This document shows, piece after piece, positions 1 to 9,011 of a DNA stretch of 64,000 bases (positions are counted from its first letter, which is position 1; each line of letters opens with the position of its first letter). Source of the stretch: Clostridia bacterium (GTDB taxonomy: Bacteria > Bacillota > Clostridia > Oscillospirales > CAG-272); NCBI GenBank assembly GCA_017547755.1, contig JAFYOX010000117.1:7684-71683 (forward strand), given 5' to 3'. Both the position numbers and the translations under genes were made by a program. Under the pieces are notes generated by a model. That model was given only the letters and a program-made list of their open reading frames with translations, made no database searches and had not been told where the DNA came from.

Positions 1-499
1 ATGCGAATTCCTTCTTCTTGGTGTCGGTGGTCATGATCGCCTGTGCCGCCATGTCAGAACCTTCCGCGGCCGCTTCGAGCTTTCCGAGGAGAACCGGGAT
101 GCCCTTCATGATCGGTTCGGTGTTCAGAGAAACGCCGATAACGCCGGTGGAAGCAACGATGACGTTGTTTTCTTCAATATTCAGCGCTTCCGCAACTGCC
201 TTGCAGGTCGCGTTGGCGGTTTCGTAGCCGTCGGGAGTGCAGGCATTCGCATTGCCGGAGTTGCAGATTACAGCCTGCGCCTTGCCGTCTGCGAGATGGG
301 CGCGGGTCACGCCGACCGGAGCCGCGAAAACCTTATTGCGGGTGAAAACGCCTGCCGCGTTGCAGACATCGTCTGCCACGATCATGGCAAGGTCGAGCTT
401 TGCGGCGTTCTTGCGCATTCCGGCGTGGATGCCGTATGCCTTGAAGCCTTCGGCAGCACATACGCCGCCGGAAATTTCGGTATAGATGGAAGTATTCAT
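1..499 (-). CDS. argJ: Glutamate N-acetyltransferase / ornithine acetyltransferase ArgJ, N-terminal part (3' end runs off the window start)
   Basis: Not in the ORF track because it is open at the window edge. My translation of the minus strand from ATG 497-499 gives MNTSIYTEISGGVCAAEGFKAYGIHAGMRKN...VICNSGNANACT...STGVIG...AIMTTDTKKKEF. These are ArgJ-like motifs, and the gene lies directly downstream of argC. Confidence 0.8.
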   Translation of the reverse strand, partial: MNTSIYTEISGGVCAAEGFKAYGIHAGMRKNAAKLDLAMIVADDVCNAAGVFTRNKVFAAPVGVTRAHLADGKAQAVICNSGNANACTPDGYETANATCKAVAEALNIEENNVIVASTGVIGVSLNTEPIMKGIPVLLGKLEAAAEGSDMAAQAIMTTDTKKKEFA

Positions 500-522
500 A
501 GAACGGATAACCTCAAATTCAA

Positions 523-1566
523 TTAAAATCCCGAGGGAAGCATATCGATGCCGCAGTCTTCTGCGAAGCCGAAGTGGATGTTCATGTTCTGAATTGCCTG
601 ACCGGCCGCACCCTTGACCATGTTGTCGATGCAGGAGCAGAGGATTAGCGTACCGGTGCGCATATCGCCGTGAACGGAGATGTCGCAGTAGTTGGAACGG
701 GTGACATTGCGGATCTGTGCGGAGGCACCCTTCGCTTCGATGCGGACGAACTGTTCGTTTTCGTAGAACTTGACGTACGCTTCGCGGACTTCGTCGATGG
801 TCACGCCGTCCTTGAGCTTGGCGTAGATGGTTTCTTCGATGCCGCGGTTGACGGGGAGAAGATGCGGAACGAACAGAACCTTCATCGGATGACCGACTGC
901 GTAGGACAGGGACTGTTCGATCTCGGGAGTATGGCGGTGTTCACCGACCTTGTATGCGGAGATGGATTCGTTTGCTTCCGGATAGTGCGTGTTCTGGGTC
1001 AGGCTTCTGCCGGCACCGGTGACACCGGACTTTGCGTCGATGATGATGCCGTCGGATTCAATGAAGCCGAGCTTGAGTGCGGGGAAGAGCGCGAGTGCCG
1101 CCGCGGTCGGATAACAGCCGGGGTTGGCGATGATTTTCGCGTCCTTGATGTTTTTGCGGAACAGTTCCGGCTGTGCGTAGACCGCACCGTCATGGAGTTC
1201 CGGCTTGTCGAACGGCTTTTTGTACCATTCCTTGTATTCGTCTTCGGATTCGAGACGGAAGTCCGCGCCGAGGTCGATGAGAAGCGCGCCGGATGCGAGG
1301 CACTGTTCGGCGAGCGGTTCGGAAAGACCGTGCGGCAGGGAAGCGAACACAACGTCCGCGCCGGCGATGGCGTCTTCGACGCTGGCGAGCTTCGGGAGAT
1401 TCATTTTCTTGAAGTTCGGATAAACTTCTTCGATGCCCTTGCCTTCGAAGGAAACGGAGGCGAGGCCGGAGATTTCAACGTGCGGGTGAAGCGCAAGAAG
1501 ACGGACAAGTTCCACGCCTGCGTAGCCGGTAGCACCCACAATGGCAGCTTTGATTTTGTTGTTCAT
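523..1566 (-). CDS. argC: N-acetyl-gamma-glutamyl-phosphate reductase
   Basis: ORF track gives 523..1605. I set the start at the internal ATG 1566 (MNNKIKAAIVGATGYAGVEL), 13 nt after the argH stop. NAD-binding GATGYAG motif and catalytic-Cys motif NPGCYPTA are present. Confidence 0.9.
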   Translation of the reverse strand: MNNKIKAAIVGATGYAGVELVRLLALHPHVEISGLASVSFEGKGIEEVYPNFKKMNLPKLASVEDAIAGADVVFASLPHGLSEPLAEQCLASGALLIDLGADFRLESEDEYKEWYKKPFDKPELHDGAVYAQPELFRKNIKDAKIIANPGCYPTAAALALFPALKLGFIESDGIIIDAKSGVTGAGRSLTQNTHYPEANESISAYKVGEHRHTPEIEQSLSYAVGHPMKVLFVPHLLPVNRGIEETIYAKLKDGVTIDEVREAYVKFYENEQFVRIEAKGASAQIRNVTRSNYCDISVHGDMRTGTLILCSCIDNMVKGAAGQAIQNMNIHFGFAEDCGIDMLPSGF

Positions 1567-1579
1567 ATATGTAAACCCG

Positions 1580-2956
1580 TTATTTTTCAATATAATTCCG
1601 GACAAGTCCGATCTGACGGAGGACGGACTCCTTCGAAGGACCGCCGTAGACTTTGCGTTCGTTTACGCAGTTTTCGAGGTTGACCGCTTCGTATACGCCT
1701 TCGTCGAACAGGGGAGAGAAGGTCTTGTAGGTGTCGAGCGTGAGGGATTCGAGATCGGTCTTGTTTTCGATGCAGTATGCAACGAGACGGCCGCTGACGC
1801 GGTATGCGTCACGGAAGGGAAGTCCCTTCTTGACGAGGTAGTCCGCGCAGTCGGTGGCGTTGATGAATCCGCCGGACGCTGCCTGACGGAGCTTTTCTTT
1901 CTTGACGGTCATTGTGGCGATCATGGAGGTGAACAGTTCGATGCAGAGTTTCGCATTGTCGATCGCGTCGAATGCGGCTTCCTTGTCTTCCTGCATATCC
2001 TTGTTGTATGCCAGCGGGATACCCTTCATCATCGTGAGAACGGTGGTGAGGTCGCCGTAAACGCGGCCGGTCTTGCCGCGGACGAGTTCGGCGATGTCGG
2101 GATTCTTCTTCTGCGGCATGATGGAAGAGCCGGTGGAGAACGCGTCGTCGAGTTCCACGAAGGAAAATTCGCTGGTACACCACAGGATGACTTCTTCAGA
2201 GAAGCGGGAAAGGTGCATCATGATGAGGGACAGCGCAAAGACGAGTTCGATGAGGAAGTCGCGGTCGGACACGCCGTCCATGGAGTTTTCGGTGACGCCG
2301 TCCATGCCGAGGAGTTCCGCGACCATATGACGGTCGATCGGATACGTCGTGGAAGCGAGTGCGCCGGAACCGAGCGGAGAGATGTTGGTGCGTTCGTACA
2401 CATCCGCAAGGCGGAGGTCGTCACGGATGAACATCTGCGCGTACGCCAGAACGTAATGTGCGAAGGTCACCGGCTGAGCACGCTGGAGATGCGTATAGCC
2501 CGCCATGACGGTATCGGTATTTTCTTCCGCGATGGTGACGATGGCACCGAGCAGGTTCTTCACGAGTTCGCGGATCTCGGTGATCTCCTTCTTGAGATAC
2601 AGACGGACGTCCAGAGCGACCTGGTCGTTCCGGCTTCTCGCGGTGTGCAGTCTCTTGCCGGTATCGCCGATGCGTGCGGTCAGCACTTCTTCAACGAACA
2701 TATGGATATCTTCCGCTTCCGGATCGATCGCCAGTGCGCCGGATTCGATATCCGCACGGATTTCCGCAAGCGCAGTCACGATCTTCGCGGATTCATCCGG
2801 CGAAATGATGCCGCAGCGTCCGAGCATGGTCGCGTGTGCCATCGATCCTTCGATATCTTCCCGGAACATCCGGCTGTCAAACGAGATCGACGAATTAAAA
2901 TCATTGACTCTGCTGTTCTCTGCCTTCGAGAACCGCGCGTCCCACATTTTTGCCAT
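1580..2956 (-). CDS. argH: Argininosuccinate lyase
   Basis: ORF track gives 1580..3133, but its first 59 codons read through a REP-like repeat. I set the start at MAKMWDARFSK (2956). Fumarate-lyase signature GSSIMPQKKNPD is present. Confidence 0.9.
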   Translation of the reverse strand: MAKMWDARFSKAENSRVNDFNSSISFDSRMFREDIEGSMAHATMLGRCGIISPDESAKIVTALAEIRADIESGALAIDPEAEDIHMFVEEVLTARIGDTGKRLHTARSRNDQVALDVRLYLKKEITEIRELVKNLLGAIVTIAEENTDTVMAGYTHLQRAQPVTFAHYVLAYAQMFIRDDLRLADVYERTNISPLGSGALASTTYPIDRHMVAELLGMDGVTENSMDGVSDRDFLIELVFALSLIMMHLSRFSEEVILWCTSEFSFVELDDAFSTGSSIMPQKKNPDIAELVRGKTGRVYGDLTTVLTMMKGIPLAYNKDMQEDKEAAFDAIDNAKLCIELFTSMIATMTVKKEKLRQAASGGFINATDCADYLVKKGLPFRDAYRVSGRLVAYCIENKTDLESLTLDTYKTFSPLFDEGVYEAVNLENCVNERKVYGGPSKESVLRQIGLVRNYIEK

Positions 2957-2970
2957 GGTGATTAAATATA

Positions 2971-3023
2971 TTTTCCGGGGAAAACTTTTTGAAAAAAGTT
3001 TTCCCCGGACCCCTTTCAAAAAC
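2971..3023 (-). repeat. REP-like palindromic element, copy 1 (reverse orientation relative to copies 2, 4, 5, 6)
   Basis: The sequence is ttttCCGGGGAAAACTTTTTgaaAAAAAGTTTTCCCCGGacccctttcaaaaac. It has a perfect 14-bp-stem palindrome plus the conserved arm (reverse complement GTTTTTGAAAGGGGT). It lies 14 nt upstream of the argH ATG. Confidence 0.8.
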
Positions 3024-3149
3024 TTTAAAACTATAAAAACAAACATAGTTCGGCTTAAATTTGAAGATACAGTCGTGTGAGTCAAACTTATAAAATCAGC
3101 CGAACCGTAAAAATTGCAATAACCCCTCATCAAATTTCATAGTATAAAA

Positions 3150-3200
3150 GTTTTTGAAAAGGGGTTCGGGGAGGAACTTTTTTCAAAAAGTTCCTCCCCG
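3150..3200 (+). repeat. REP-like palindromic element, copy 2
   Basis: The sequence is GTTTTTGAAAAGGGGTTCGGGGAGGAACTTTTTTCAAAAAGTTCCTCCCCG. The stem carries compensatory changes (GAGGAAC/GTTCCTC) relative to other copies. It lies 13 nt downstream of the argG stop. Confidence 0.8.
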
Positions 3201-3213
3201 GTTATTCACTTTC

Positions 3214-4437
3214 TTACTTATCCCAGCCTGCTTCTGCCTGAGCCTTGACCTTGATCGGGAGACCGAAGAGGTTGATGAAGCCTGCAGCGTCCTTCTGGTT
3301 GTAGTCTTCGTCTACGCCGAAGGAAGCGGTCTGTTCGTTGTAGAGGGAGTACGGAGAGGTTACGCCTGCGTTGATCATGTTGCCCTTGTAGAGCTTGAGG
3401 GTAACGTCGCCGGTTACGTGCTTCTGGGTGTCATCGACAAATGCGCCGATGGATTCGCGGAGAGGAGTGAACCACTGACCGTTGTAAACGAGTTCGCCGA
3501 GCTTCTGGGCGACGATCGTCTTGAAGTGCATGGTTTCCTTGTCGAGGGTGATGGTTTCGAGAACATCGTGAGCCTTGTAGAGGATGGTGCCGGCGGGAGT
3601 TTCGTATACGCCGCGGCTCTTCATGCCTACGAGACGGTTTTCAACGATGTCGAGGAGACCGATGCCGTTTGCGCCGCCGATCTTGTTGAGGGTGTCAACA
3701 AGGGTGATGCAGTCCATTTCTTCGCCGTTGACTGCGGTCGGTACACCCTTTTCGAAGTGGATGGTAATGTAGGTGGGAGTATCGGGAGCCTGTTCGGGAG
3801 AAACGCTCAGTTCAAGGAAGCCTTCCTTGTTGTACTGCGGTTCGTTTGCGGGGCTTTCGAGGTCGAGACCTTCGTGGCTGAGGTGCCAGAGGTTCTTGTC
3901 CTTGGAGTAGTTGGTTTCGCGGCTGATCTTGAGCGGGATGTTGTGTGCTTCCGCGTAGTCGATTTCTTCGTCACGGGACTGGATATCCCAGATTCTCCAC
4001 GGAGCGATGATGGTCATGTCGGGAGCGAATGCCTTGATGGTCAGTTCGAAACGTACCTGGTCGTTGCCCTTGCCGGTGCAGCCGTGGCAGATCGCGTCTG
4101 CGCCTTCAGCGAGAGCGATTTCAACGAGACGCTTTGCGATGCAGGGACGTGCGTGGGAAGTACCGAGGAGGTAATCTTCGTACTTTGCGTCTGCCTTGAG
4201 GCAGGGCCAGATGTATTCTTCGATGTATTCCTTGCGGAGGTCTTCGATGTAGAGCTTGGAAGCACCGGTCTTCAGTGCCTTTTCTTCGAGACCTTCGAGT
4301 TCGTCTGCCTGACCGACGTTGCCGGAAACCGCGATAACTTCGCAGCCTTCGTAGTTTTCCTTCAGCCACGGAATGATGATGGATGTATCAAGACCGCCGG
4401 AGTAAGCGAGAACGATTTTTTTGATTTCTTTTTTCAT
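3214..4437 (-). CDS. argG: Argininosuccinate synthase
   Basis: 407 aa. N-terminal ATP-pyrophosphatase motif AYSGGLDTS, then [13 protein letters not shown]. The full-length ORF has no competing sense ORF. Confidence 0.93.
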   Translation of the reverse strand: MKKEIKKIVLAYSGGLDTSIIIPWLKENYEGCEVIAVSGNVGQADELEGLEEKALKTGASKLYIEDLRKEYIEEYIWPCLKADAKYEDYLLGTSHARPCIAKRLVEIALAEGADAICHGCTGKGNDQVRFELTIKAFAPDMTIIAPWRIWDIQSRDEEIDYAEAHNIPLKISRETNYSKDKNLWHLSHEGLDLESPANEPQYNKEGFLELSVSPEQAPDTPTYITIHFEKGVPTAVNGEEMDCITLVDTLNKIGGANGIGLLDIVENRLVGMKSRGVYETPAGTILYKAHDVLETITLDKETMHFKTIVAQKLGELVYNGQWFTPLRESIGAFVDDTQKHVTGDVTLKLYKGNMINAGVTSPYSLYNEQTASFGVDEDYNQKDAAGFINLFGLPIKVKAQAEAGWDK

Positions 4438-4487
4438 TTCTATGTACCTCTTTGAATTTGTTGGTTTTTTAATTTTAATGTGGCTTT

Positions 4488-4516
4488 ATTATACCTCTCC
4501 GTCGTTATAAATGCAA
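4488..4516 (-). promoter_or_regulatory. Sigma-70-type promoter TTGCAT-17-TATAAT upstream of argG
   Basis: Reverse complement reads TTGCAT ttataacgacggagagg TATAAT, about 45 nt upstream of the argG ATG. Confidence 0.5.
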
Positions 4517-4534
4517 TAGGCAGGTTAACCAAAT

Positions 4535-4603
4535 CGGAATAAATATGCAATTAAAATTTATAAAAATACACAATATCTCTGTGTATATACATGAAATATT
4601 CAT
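4535..4603. promoter_or_regulatory. AT-rich palindromes resembling ARG boxes (possible ArgR/AhrC operator)
   Basis: Reverse complement of 4535-4550 reads TTGCATATTTATTCCG, which partly matches the TGAATwwwwATTCA-type ARG box. A palindrome ATGAAATATTCAT lies at 4591-4603, just upstream of the argG promoter. The match is weak. Confidence 0.25.
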
Positions 4604-4653
4604 TATGCAAAGAGATTTTCGGCGTTGTGCTGTACAGAAAATTTGCATAAAAG

Positions 4654-4682
4654 GCATAAATTTACGCGTTTAACCCATGAAA
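4654..4682 (+). promoter_or_regulatory. Candidate forespore (sigma-G/F-like) promoter GCATA-17-CATGAAA upstream of the PdaA-like gene
   Basis: Compared by eye with the B. subtilis sigma-G consensus GHATR-17/18-CATXHTA. The -35 matches 5/5 and the -10 matches 6/7. Confidence 0.3.
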
Positions 4683-4729
4683 TGACGGTTAGAATAAACA
4701 ACGGATCACGGAAGGAAAGGAGATTCTAT

Positions 4730-5659
4730 ATGAAATTCACAAAGAATACAGCTGCATGGATAGCCGCATTCCTGCTTGCGGGAAGTTCCGTGCTGACGGT
4801 ACACGCTTCCGCGGATACTTCCGCAGGTCTGTTTGATTTTTTCACCAAAGAGGAGTCAGCCGAAACGGAACCCATATCCGAGGATGTTCCGCCGAAGCGC
4901 GGAAAAAACAGTCCGTGCAGGGACGATGAGGACTGCGCCGCCCTGTCCGGGGAATCCTGCGGCTGGTACTGCAGGCACATGGAGGACGGCAAACGTCCGC
5001 CGGTACCGGGGGAGATGGCGTTCATTGACCGGCACGGCGGATATTTTCTCGGAGAAGATGAGAAAGTGATCTATCTCACCTTTGACGCCGGATACGAGAA
5101 CGGGAACATTGCACGGATCCTCGATACGCTGAAGACGGAAGAGGTTCCGGCGGCATTCTTCGTTCTGGAAAATCTTGTGACCCGCAACACCGATCTGGTG
5201 AAGCGGATGGTTGAGGACGGACATCTTGTCTGCAACCACACCGCGAAGCACCTCGACATGAGCACGAGATCCGAACGGGAATTTACCGATGAGCTGGCGG
5301 CCATGGAGAAGATCTACCGGGAGACGATGGGAACGGAGATCGCAAAATACTATCGTCCGCCGGAAGGAAAATTCACCGAAGCCAATCTCGCATGGGCAAA
5401 TTCCATCGGATACAAGACCATTTTCTGGAGCTACGCGTACGCCGACTGGGACAACAGCAGGCAGATGCCCGCGGACAAAGCCATGGAGAAAGTCCTTGCC
5501 GGGACTCACAACGGTGAGGTGATCCTTCTGCATCCGACGTCCGCCACCAATGCCGACATCCTGCCGGGACTGATCCGGGAATGGAAAGCGATGGGATACC
5601 GCTTCGGTACGCTCGATGAGCTGACGGGGAACTGCGATCCGGCGAAAAATCAAACGTAA
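4730..5659 (+). CDS. Polysaccharide deacetylase (NodB fold), PdaA-like delta-lactam-type deacetylase
   Basis: ORF track gives 4625..5659. I moved the start to ATG 4730, which is preceded by AAAGGAG. Signal-like N-terminus MKFTKNTAAWIAAFLLAGSSVLTVHA and NodB motifs LTFDAGYENG and NHTAKH are present. Confidence 0.7.
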   Translation: MKFTKNTAAWIAAFLLAGSSVLTVHASADTSAGLFDFFTKEESAETEPISEDVPPKRGKNSPCRDDEDCAALSGESCGWYCRHMEDGKRPPVPGEMAFIDRHGGYFLGEDEKVIYLTFDAGYENGNIARILDTLKTEEVPAAFFVLENLVTRNTDLVKRMVEDGHLVCNHTAKHLDMSTRSEREFTDELAAMEKIYRETMGTEIAKYYRPPEGKFTEANLAWANSIGYKTIFWSYAYADWDNSRQMPADKAMEKVLAGTHNGEVILLHPTSATNADILPGLIREWKAMGYRFGTLDELTGNCDPAKNQT

Positions 5660-5671
5660 AGCTGTGGTGAC

Positions 5672-6355
5672 ATGCGACTGAACAAACTTCTGAAATCGGT
5701 TTCCGCCGTACTTCTTCTGACGTTCTGGATTCCGCAGAAAATTTTGGGAGCGGAAGTCGTGTATTCGTGGCATACCAACGACAAAAACATTGCCCTGACC
5801 TTCGATGACGGTCCGCATCCGGTGTATACCCCCGAAATTCTCGACATTCTGGAGGAATACGGGATCAAAGCGACGTTTTTCACGATCGGGCAGAATGTGG
5901 AGTGGTACAACGATGTATTCCGTATGGAATATGAAGCCGGACATGAGATCGGGAATCATACGTATTCCCATCTGAATCTGCGGAAGCTGCCGTATCCGGA
6001 AGTCTGCCGTGAGATCGAGCTGGCGGAAGATCTTGTTTACGAAACGGTGGAATACCGGACGCGTCTGCTGCGTCCGCCGGAAGGCGCATTCGGTCATGAT
6101 CTGTGCAAAGCGGCGTCTGAGATGGATTATACGGTCATCTGCTGGTCAGTGGACACCCTCGACTGGGCGCATACTCCGAGCGAAACGATCGTCCGGAATG
6201 TGCTGGAAAACGTCAAGGGCGGAGACATCATCCTGTTCCATGACTATATTTCCGGGGATTCTCCGACTCCGGGAGCACTCCGCGAGATCATTCCGGCACT
6301 GCTCGATGAAGGCTACCGGTTTGTCACGGTATCGGAACTGCTGAATCTGCGGTAA
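5672..6355 (+). CDS. Polysaccharide deacetylase family protein (NodB homology domain)
   Basis: 227 aa with motifs TFDDGPHP, GHEIGNHTYSH and LLRPPEG, plus an N-terminal hydrophobic segment. Confidence 0.8.
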   Translation: MRLNKLLKSVSAVLLLTFWIPQKILGAEVVYSWHTNDKNIALTFDDGPHPVYTPEILDILEEYGIKATFFTIGQNVEWYNDVFRMEYEAGHEIGNHTYSHLNLRKLPYPEVCREIELAEDLVYETVEYRTRLLRPPEGAFGHDLCKAASEMDYTVICWSVDTLDWAHTPSETIVRNVLENVKGGDIILFHDYISGDSPTPGALREIIPALLDEGYRFVTVSELLNLR

Positions 6356-6363
6356 AAGAAAAC

Positions 6364-6396
6364 AAAGCGGCTGTGATTTGAATTCACAGCCGCTTT
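6364..6396. terminator. Bidirectional intrinsic terminator between convergent genes
   Basis: AAAGCGGCTGTGatttgaattCACAGCCGCTTT is a 12-bp stem flanked by A- and T-runs. Confidence 0.7.
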
Positions 6397-6410
6397 GGCA
6401 TGATGCGCGA

Positions 6411-7511
6411 TTATTCTTCGGAAGCATCCGACATTTCTTCGTAGTACGGGTCGATCATGATCTCCTTGATCTTCGGATATGCTGCATAAATGCCCATGGT
6501 GGTGAGCAGCGCGGGCAGGATCACGAAAGGAACGATCACGGCGAGCGGGAAGTACGCATACAGAAGCACGTATTCGAACAGAAGGACAAGAACCGTGCCG
6601 AGAAGGAACATGAAATTCCGCTTGACACCGAGAACGGTGAAGTACAGCGCGTTCTTGAAGATCTTGAAGAGAGAGAGGTCAAACGTGACGATCATCAGAT
6701 AGATGTACGGACGCATGAAGAAATACAGCAGAGCCAGACACCAGCTCATGAAAAGCATCGTGTCGAGGACAAAGTGATTGCCGTAGTTGAGGTTGAAGAA
6801 GAGGATATCGTAGCCGATCAGAGCGATAATGATGATGTCGAGGATACCGTAGATGAGAGCCTGACGGAAATTGCGCTTGATGGCATCAAAGAAATCCTGG
6901 AAGAAGAACACCGGCTTGCCGCGGAACAGGTTGCGGATGATGTAGGTGACACCGACATTGACCAGACCGAAGGTGATGAACAGAAGCCCGGTGAGACCGA
7001 AGAGGACGTAGTCCGCGGTCGTCAGGACGGAAACGTCCATCTGACGTTCGAAGATCGTCCAGAGCGCGGCGGTTGCGGGTGACTGATTGAACAGCATGGC
7101 GCCGCGGAGCGGTGCATAAACGAGATAATACGGCGTGGTGGTCTGCAGGGAGAAATAGCCGCTCATTGCGAGAAGGAAAAAGAAGATCGGGAAATTGCCG
7201 AAAACGAGCATGATGTTCGTCGAAAGCAGAGGGTTGAGCTTGCGGCCGAGGAATTTGAAGAAGTTGAGAAGATTCGGGTTTTCCGCAATTGCGATTTCTT
7301 CTTCGTCTACGCCTCTTCCGTCCGCATAGGCGCTGTTGAAGATGTTGAACTTTTTGCGTTCGGCACGTTTCGCATTTTTGATTTCTGCCTGTTCGCGTGC
7401 TTCGATTTCGTCGAGGGAAAGATTTCTCGTTTCCTTCTGACTGTTCCAGTTGTTCCGGCCGTAATTGGTCGGATGACTGCTTTGATTGTTCCGGTTGTTA
7501 TCGTTGGGCAT
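6411..7511 (-). CDS. Polytopic membrane protein, YesL/DUF624-like (weak), with N/Q-rich cytoplasmic N-terminus
   Basis: ORF track gives 6411..7520 with a GTG start. ATG 7511 has AAAGGTGA 6 nt upstream. About 90 aa of N/Q/K/E-rich sequence precede multiple hydrophobic spans (NIMLVFGNFPIFFFLLAMSGYF...). Confidence 0.5.
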   Translation of the reverse strand: MPNDNNRNNQSSHPTNYGRNNWNSQKETRNLSLDEIEAREQAEIKNAKRAERKKFNIFNSAYADGRGVDEEEIAIAENPNLLNFFKFLGRKLNPLLSTNIMLVFGNFPIFFFLLAMSGYFSLQTTTPYYLVYAPLRGAMLFNQSPATAALWTIFERQMDVSVLTTADYVLFGLTGLLFITFGLVNVGVTYIIRNLFRGKPVFFFQDFFDAIKRNFRQALIYGILDIIIIALIGYDILFFNLNYGNHFVLDTMLFMSWCLALLYFFMRPYIYLMIVTFDLSLFKIFKNALYFTVLGVKRNFMFLLGTVLVLLFEYVLLYAYFPLAVIVPFVILPALLTTMGIYAAYPKIKEIMIDPYYEEMSDASEE

Positions 7512-7566
7512 TTGATTCACCTTTGCTTTTGTATTGGTTCCGGAGAAGAGTTTCTCCGGGAAAAGA

Positions 7567-8154
7567 TCATATCATCAGGACCGTCCCGCAGGTCAGCAGA
7601 AAAACGCCGCCCGAGAGGATCAGGAAGACGCGCAGATATTCCCGGACGATTTCCCGCCGGATGCGGTGCGTCCGGTCGGCGTATGCACGGCAGAGACCGA
7701 GGGAATAGATGTGCGTACACGCGGCAAGCAAGATGATCAGCACCGATGCCGCGAAATAGAGAGTCAGCGCGAGGATCCAGTGTGTACCGAGACTGCGGAC
7801 CGTACCGTCCGCCATGAGAGCACCCGCACAGCCGAGACAGATCCCGCGCCAAAGGATCACCGCGGCGGATACGGCCTGCGATGCGGCGGTATGCACGGAA
7901 AATCCGACGGCAAGCAGGGACACAGCAGCCGGAAGGGTACAGCGGATCAGGGATACGACGGTATGCGGAAGACTGCCGCCCGTGTTCAGCGGATGCACGG
8001 CAAGAAAATATCCGCCGCAGGAGATCCGTGAAGTCACGGCAAATGCGCCGCCGCACGAGAGGGCAAGCAGGAGAAGGAGAAACAGAAACCGTCCCGCAAG
8101 CCGTTCGGCGAGGGTATCGCGCAGTCCGAGAATATAATTTTTCGTATCGTTCAT
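7567..8154 (-). CDS. Integral membrane protein of unknown function (possibly SpoIIM-like, not established)
   Basis: 195 aa with GGAGG before ATG 8154 and 4-5 hydrophobic spans. The overlapping 251-aa ORF in another frame is Arg-rich and looks spurious. Confidence 0.5.
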   Translation of the reverse strand: MNDTKNYILGLRDTLAERLAGRFLFLLLLLALSCGGAFAVTSRISCGGYFLAVHPLNTGGSLPHTVVSLIRCTLPAAVSLLAVGFSVHTAASQAVSAAVILWRGICLGCAGALMADGTVRSLGTHWILALTLYFAASVLIILLAACTHIYSLGLCRAYADRTHRIRREIVREYLRVFLILSGGVFLLTCGTVLMI

Positions 8155-8323
8155 AGTGCCTCCGGGAAGGATGGGATTCTGGGTGGTAATTCATCCTATT
8201 CTTATGCGGCGGAGGCGTCCGGAATTCCGGAGTATTATCAGACAGTTTATCACAGACCGCGGGAGAATACAATACATCAAATGTAAATTAAATAAAAAAA
8301 TCAAAGAATATCCCGCGGGGTTC

Positions 8324-8352
8324 TTGAAAAAACGGGATGTATGACTTATAAT
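8324..8352 (+). promoter_or_regulatory. Sigma-70-type promoter TTGAAA-17-TATAAT for the GNAT gene
   Basis: The sequence is TTGAAA aaacgggatgtatgact TATAAT. The -10 lies inside the 5' end of the track ORF, which argues for the downstream start at 8395. Confidence 0.45.
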
Positions 8353-8394
8353 GATAACAATACAGAAAAATTGGAAGGGACAGGAAACCTCGGA

Positions 8395-8982
8395 ATGACA
8401 CACGACGATATCACCCGGATTTTCCGTGAGCCGCCGGTGCTGGAAACGCGCCGTCTGGTACTGCGGAAGATGCAGAAGCGCGACAGCCACGATATGTACG
8501 AATACGCCAGCCGCCGCGATGTGACGGAATACCTCCTCTGGGAGCCGCACGAAAGCGAATATTATACCTACCGGTATCTGTCCTACATCCAGTCCCGCTA
8601 CCGTGCCGGCGATTTCCACGACTGGGCGGTGACCGTCCGGGAAAACGACAAGATGATCGGTACCTGCGGGTTCACAAGATTCAATTACGAAGCCAATTCC
8701 GCCGAAGTCGGCTATGTCCTCAATCCGGAATACTGGGGATACGGCATCGCGCCGGAAGCGGTCTTTTCCGTGATGCGGTTCGGGTTCGTGAATCTGCGTC
8801 TGAACCGGATCGAAGCGCGGTATATGGTCGGCAACGACCGCAGCCGCCGCGTGATGGAAAAGGTCGGCATGACGTTCGAAGGGATCGCAAGGGAATCAAT
8901 GCACGTCAAGGGACGGTATGTCTCGGTCGGCACGTGCGCGATCCTGCGGAGAGAATTTCAGGAGAAATTCGGCGCGGTGTGA
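8395..8982 (+). CDS. GNAT family N-acetyltransferase (RimJ/RimL-like)
   Basis: ORF track gives 8341..8982. I moved the start to MTHDDITRIF because of the promoter position. ETRRLVLRKM followed by the IGTCGF...GYVLNPEYWGYGIA core is typical of RimJ/L-type GNATs. Confidence 0.75.
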   Translation: MTHDDITRIFREPPVLETRRLVLRKMQKRDSHDMYEYASRRDVTEYLLWEPHESEYYTYRYLSYIQSRYRAGDFHDWAVTVRENDKMIGTCGFTRFNYEANSAEVGYVLNPEYWGYGIAPEAVFSVMRFGFVNLRLNRIEARYMVGNDRSRRVMEKVGMTFEGIARESMHVKGRYVSVGTCAILRREFQEKFGAV

Positions 8983-9011
8983 GGAAAAATAAAAATCGAA
9001 AGGAGATTTTT

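Noticed and set aside
1580-3133. A long 517-aa form of argH. N-terminally extended track ORFs for other genes were also considered (argC 1605, pdaA-like 4625, APH-like 10881, URO-D-like 42746, GH43 46528 and 49592, GH38 52927, oxidoreductase 59311, acyl-CoA ligase 35861, hypothetical 8934).
   Set aside because: The extensions read through repeats, promoters or neighbouring genes and lack an RBS. Internal ATGs with Shine-Dalgarno sequences give N-termini typical of the families.
7517-8272. A 251-aa minus-strand ORF and three plus-strand ORFs overlapping the 7567-8154 membrane-protein gene, as a possible overlapping-gene cluster.
   Set aside because: All alternatives are extremely Arg/Pro/Gly-rich with no RBS. 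Only the 195-aa frame has a GGAGG-ATG start and coherent transmembrane segments. A locally GC-rich sequence explains the open frames.
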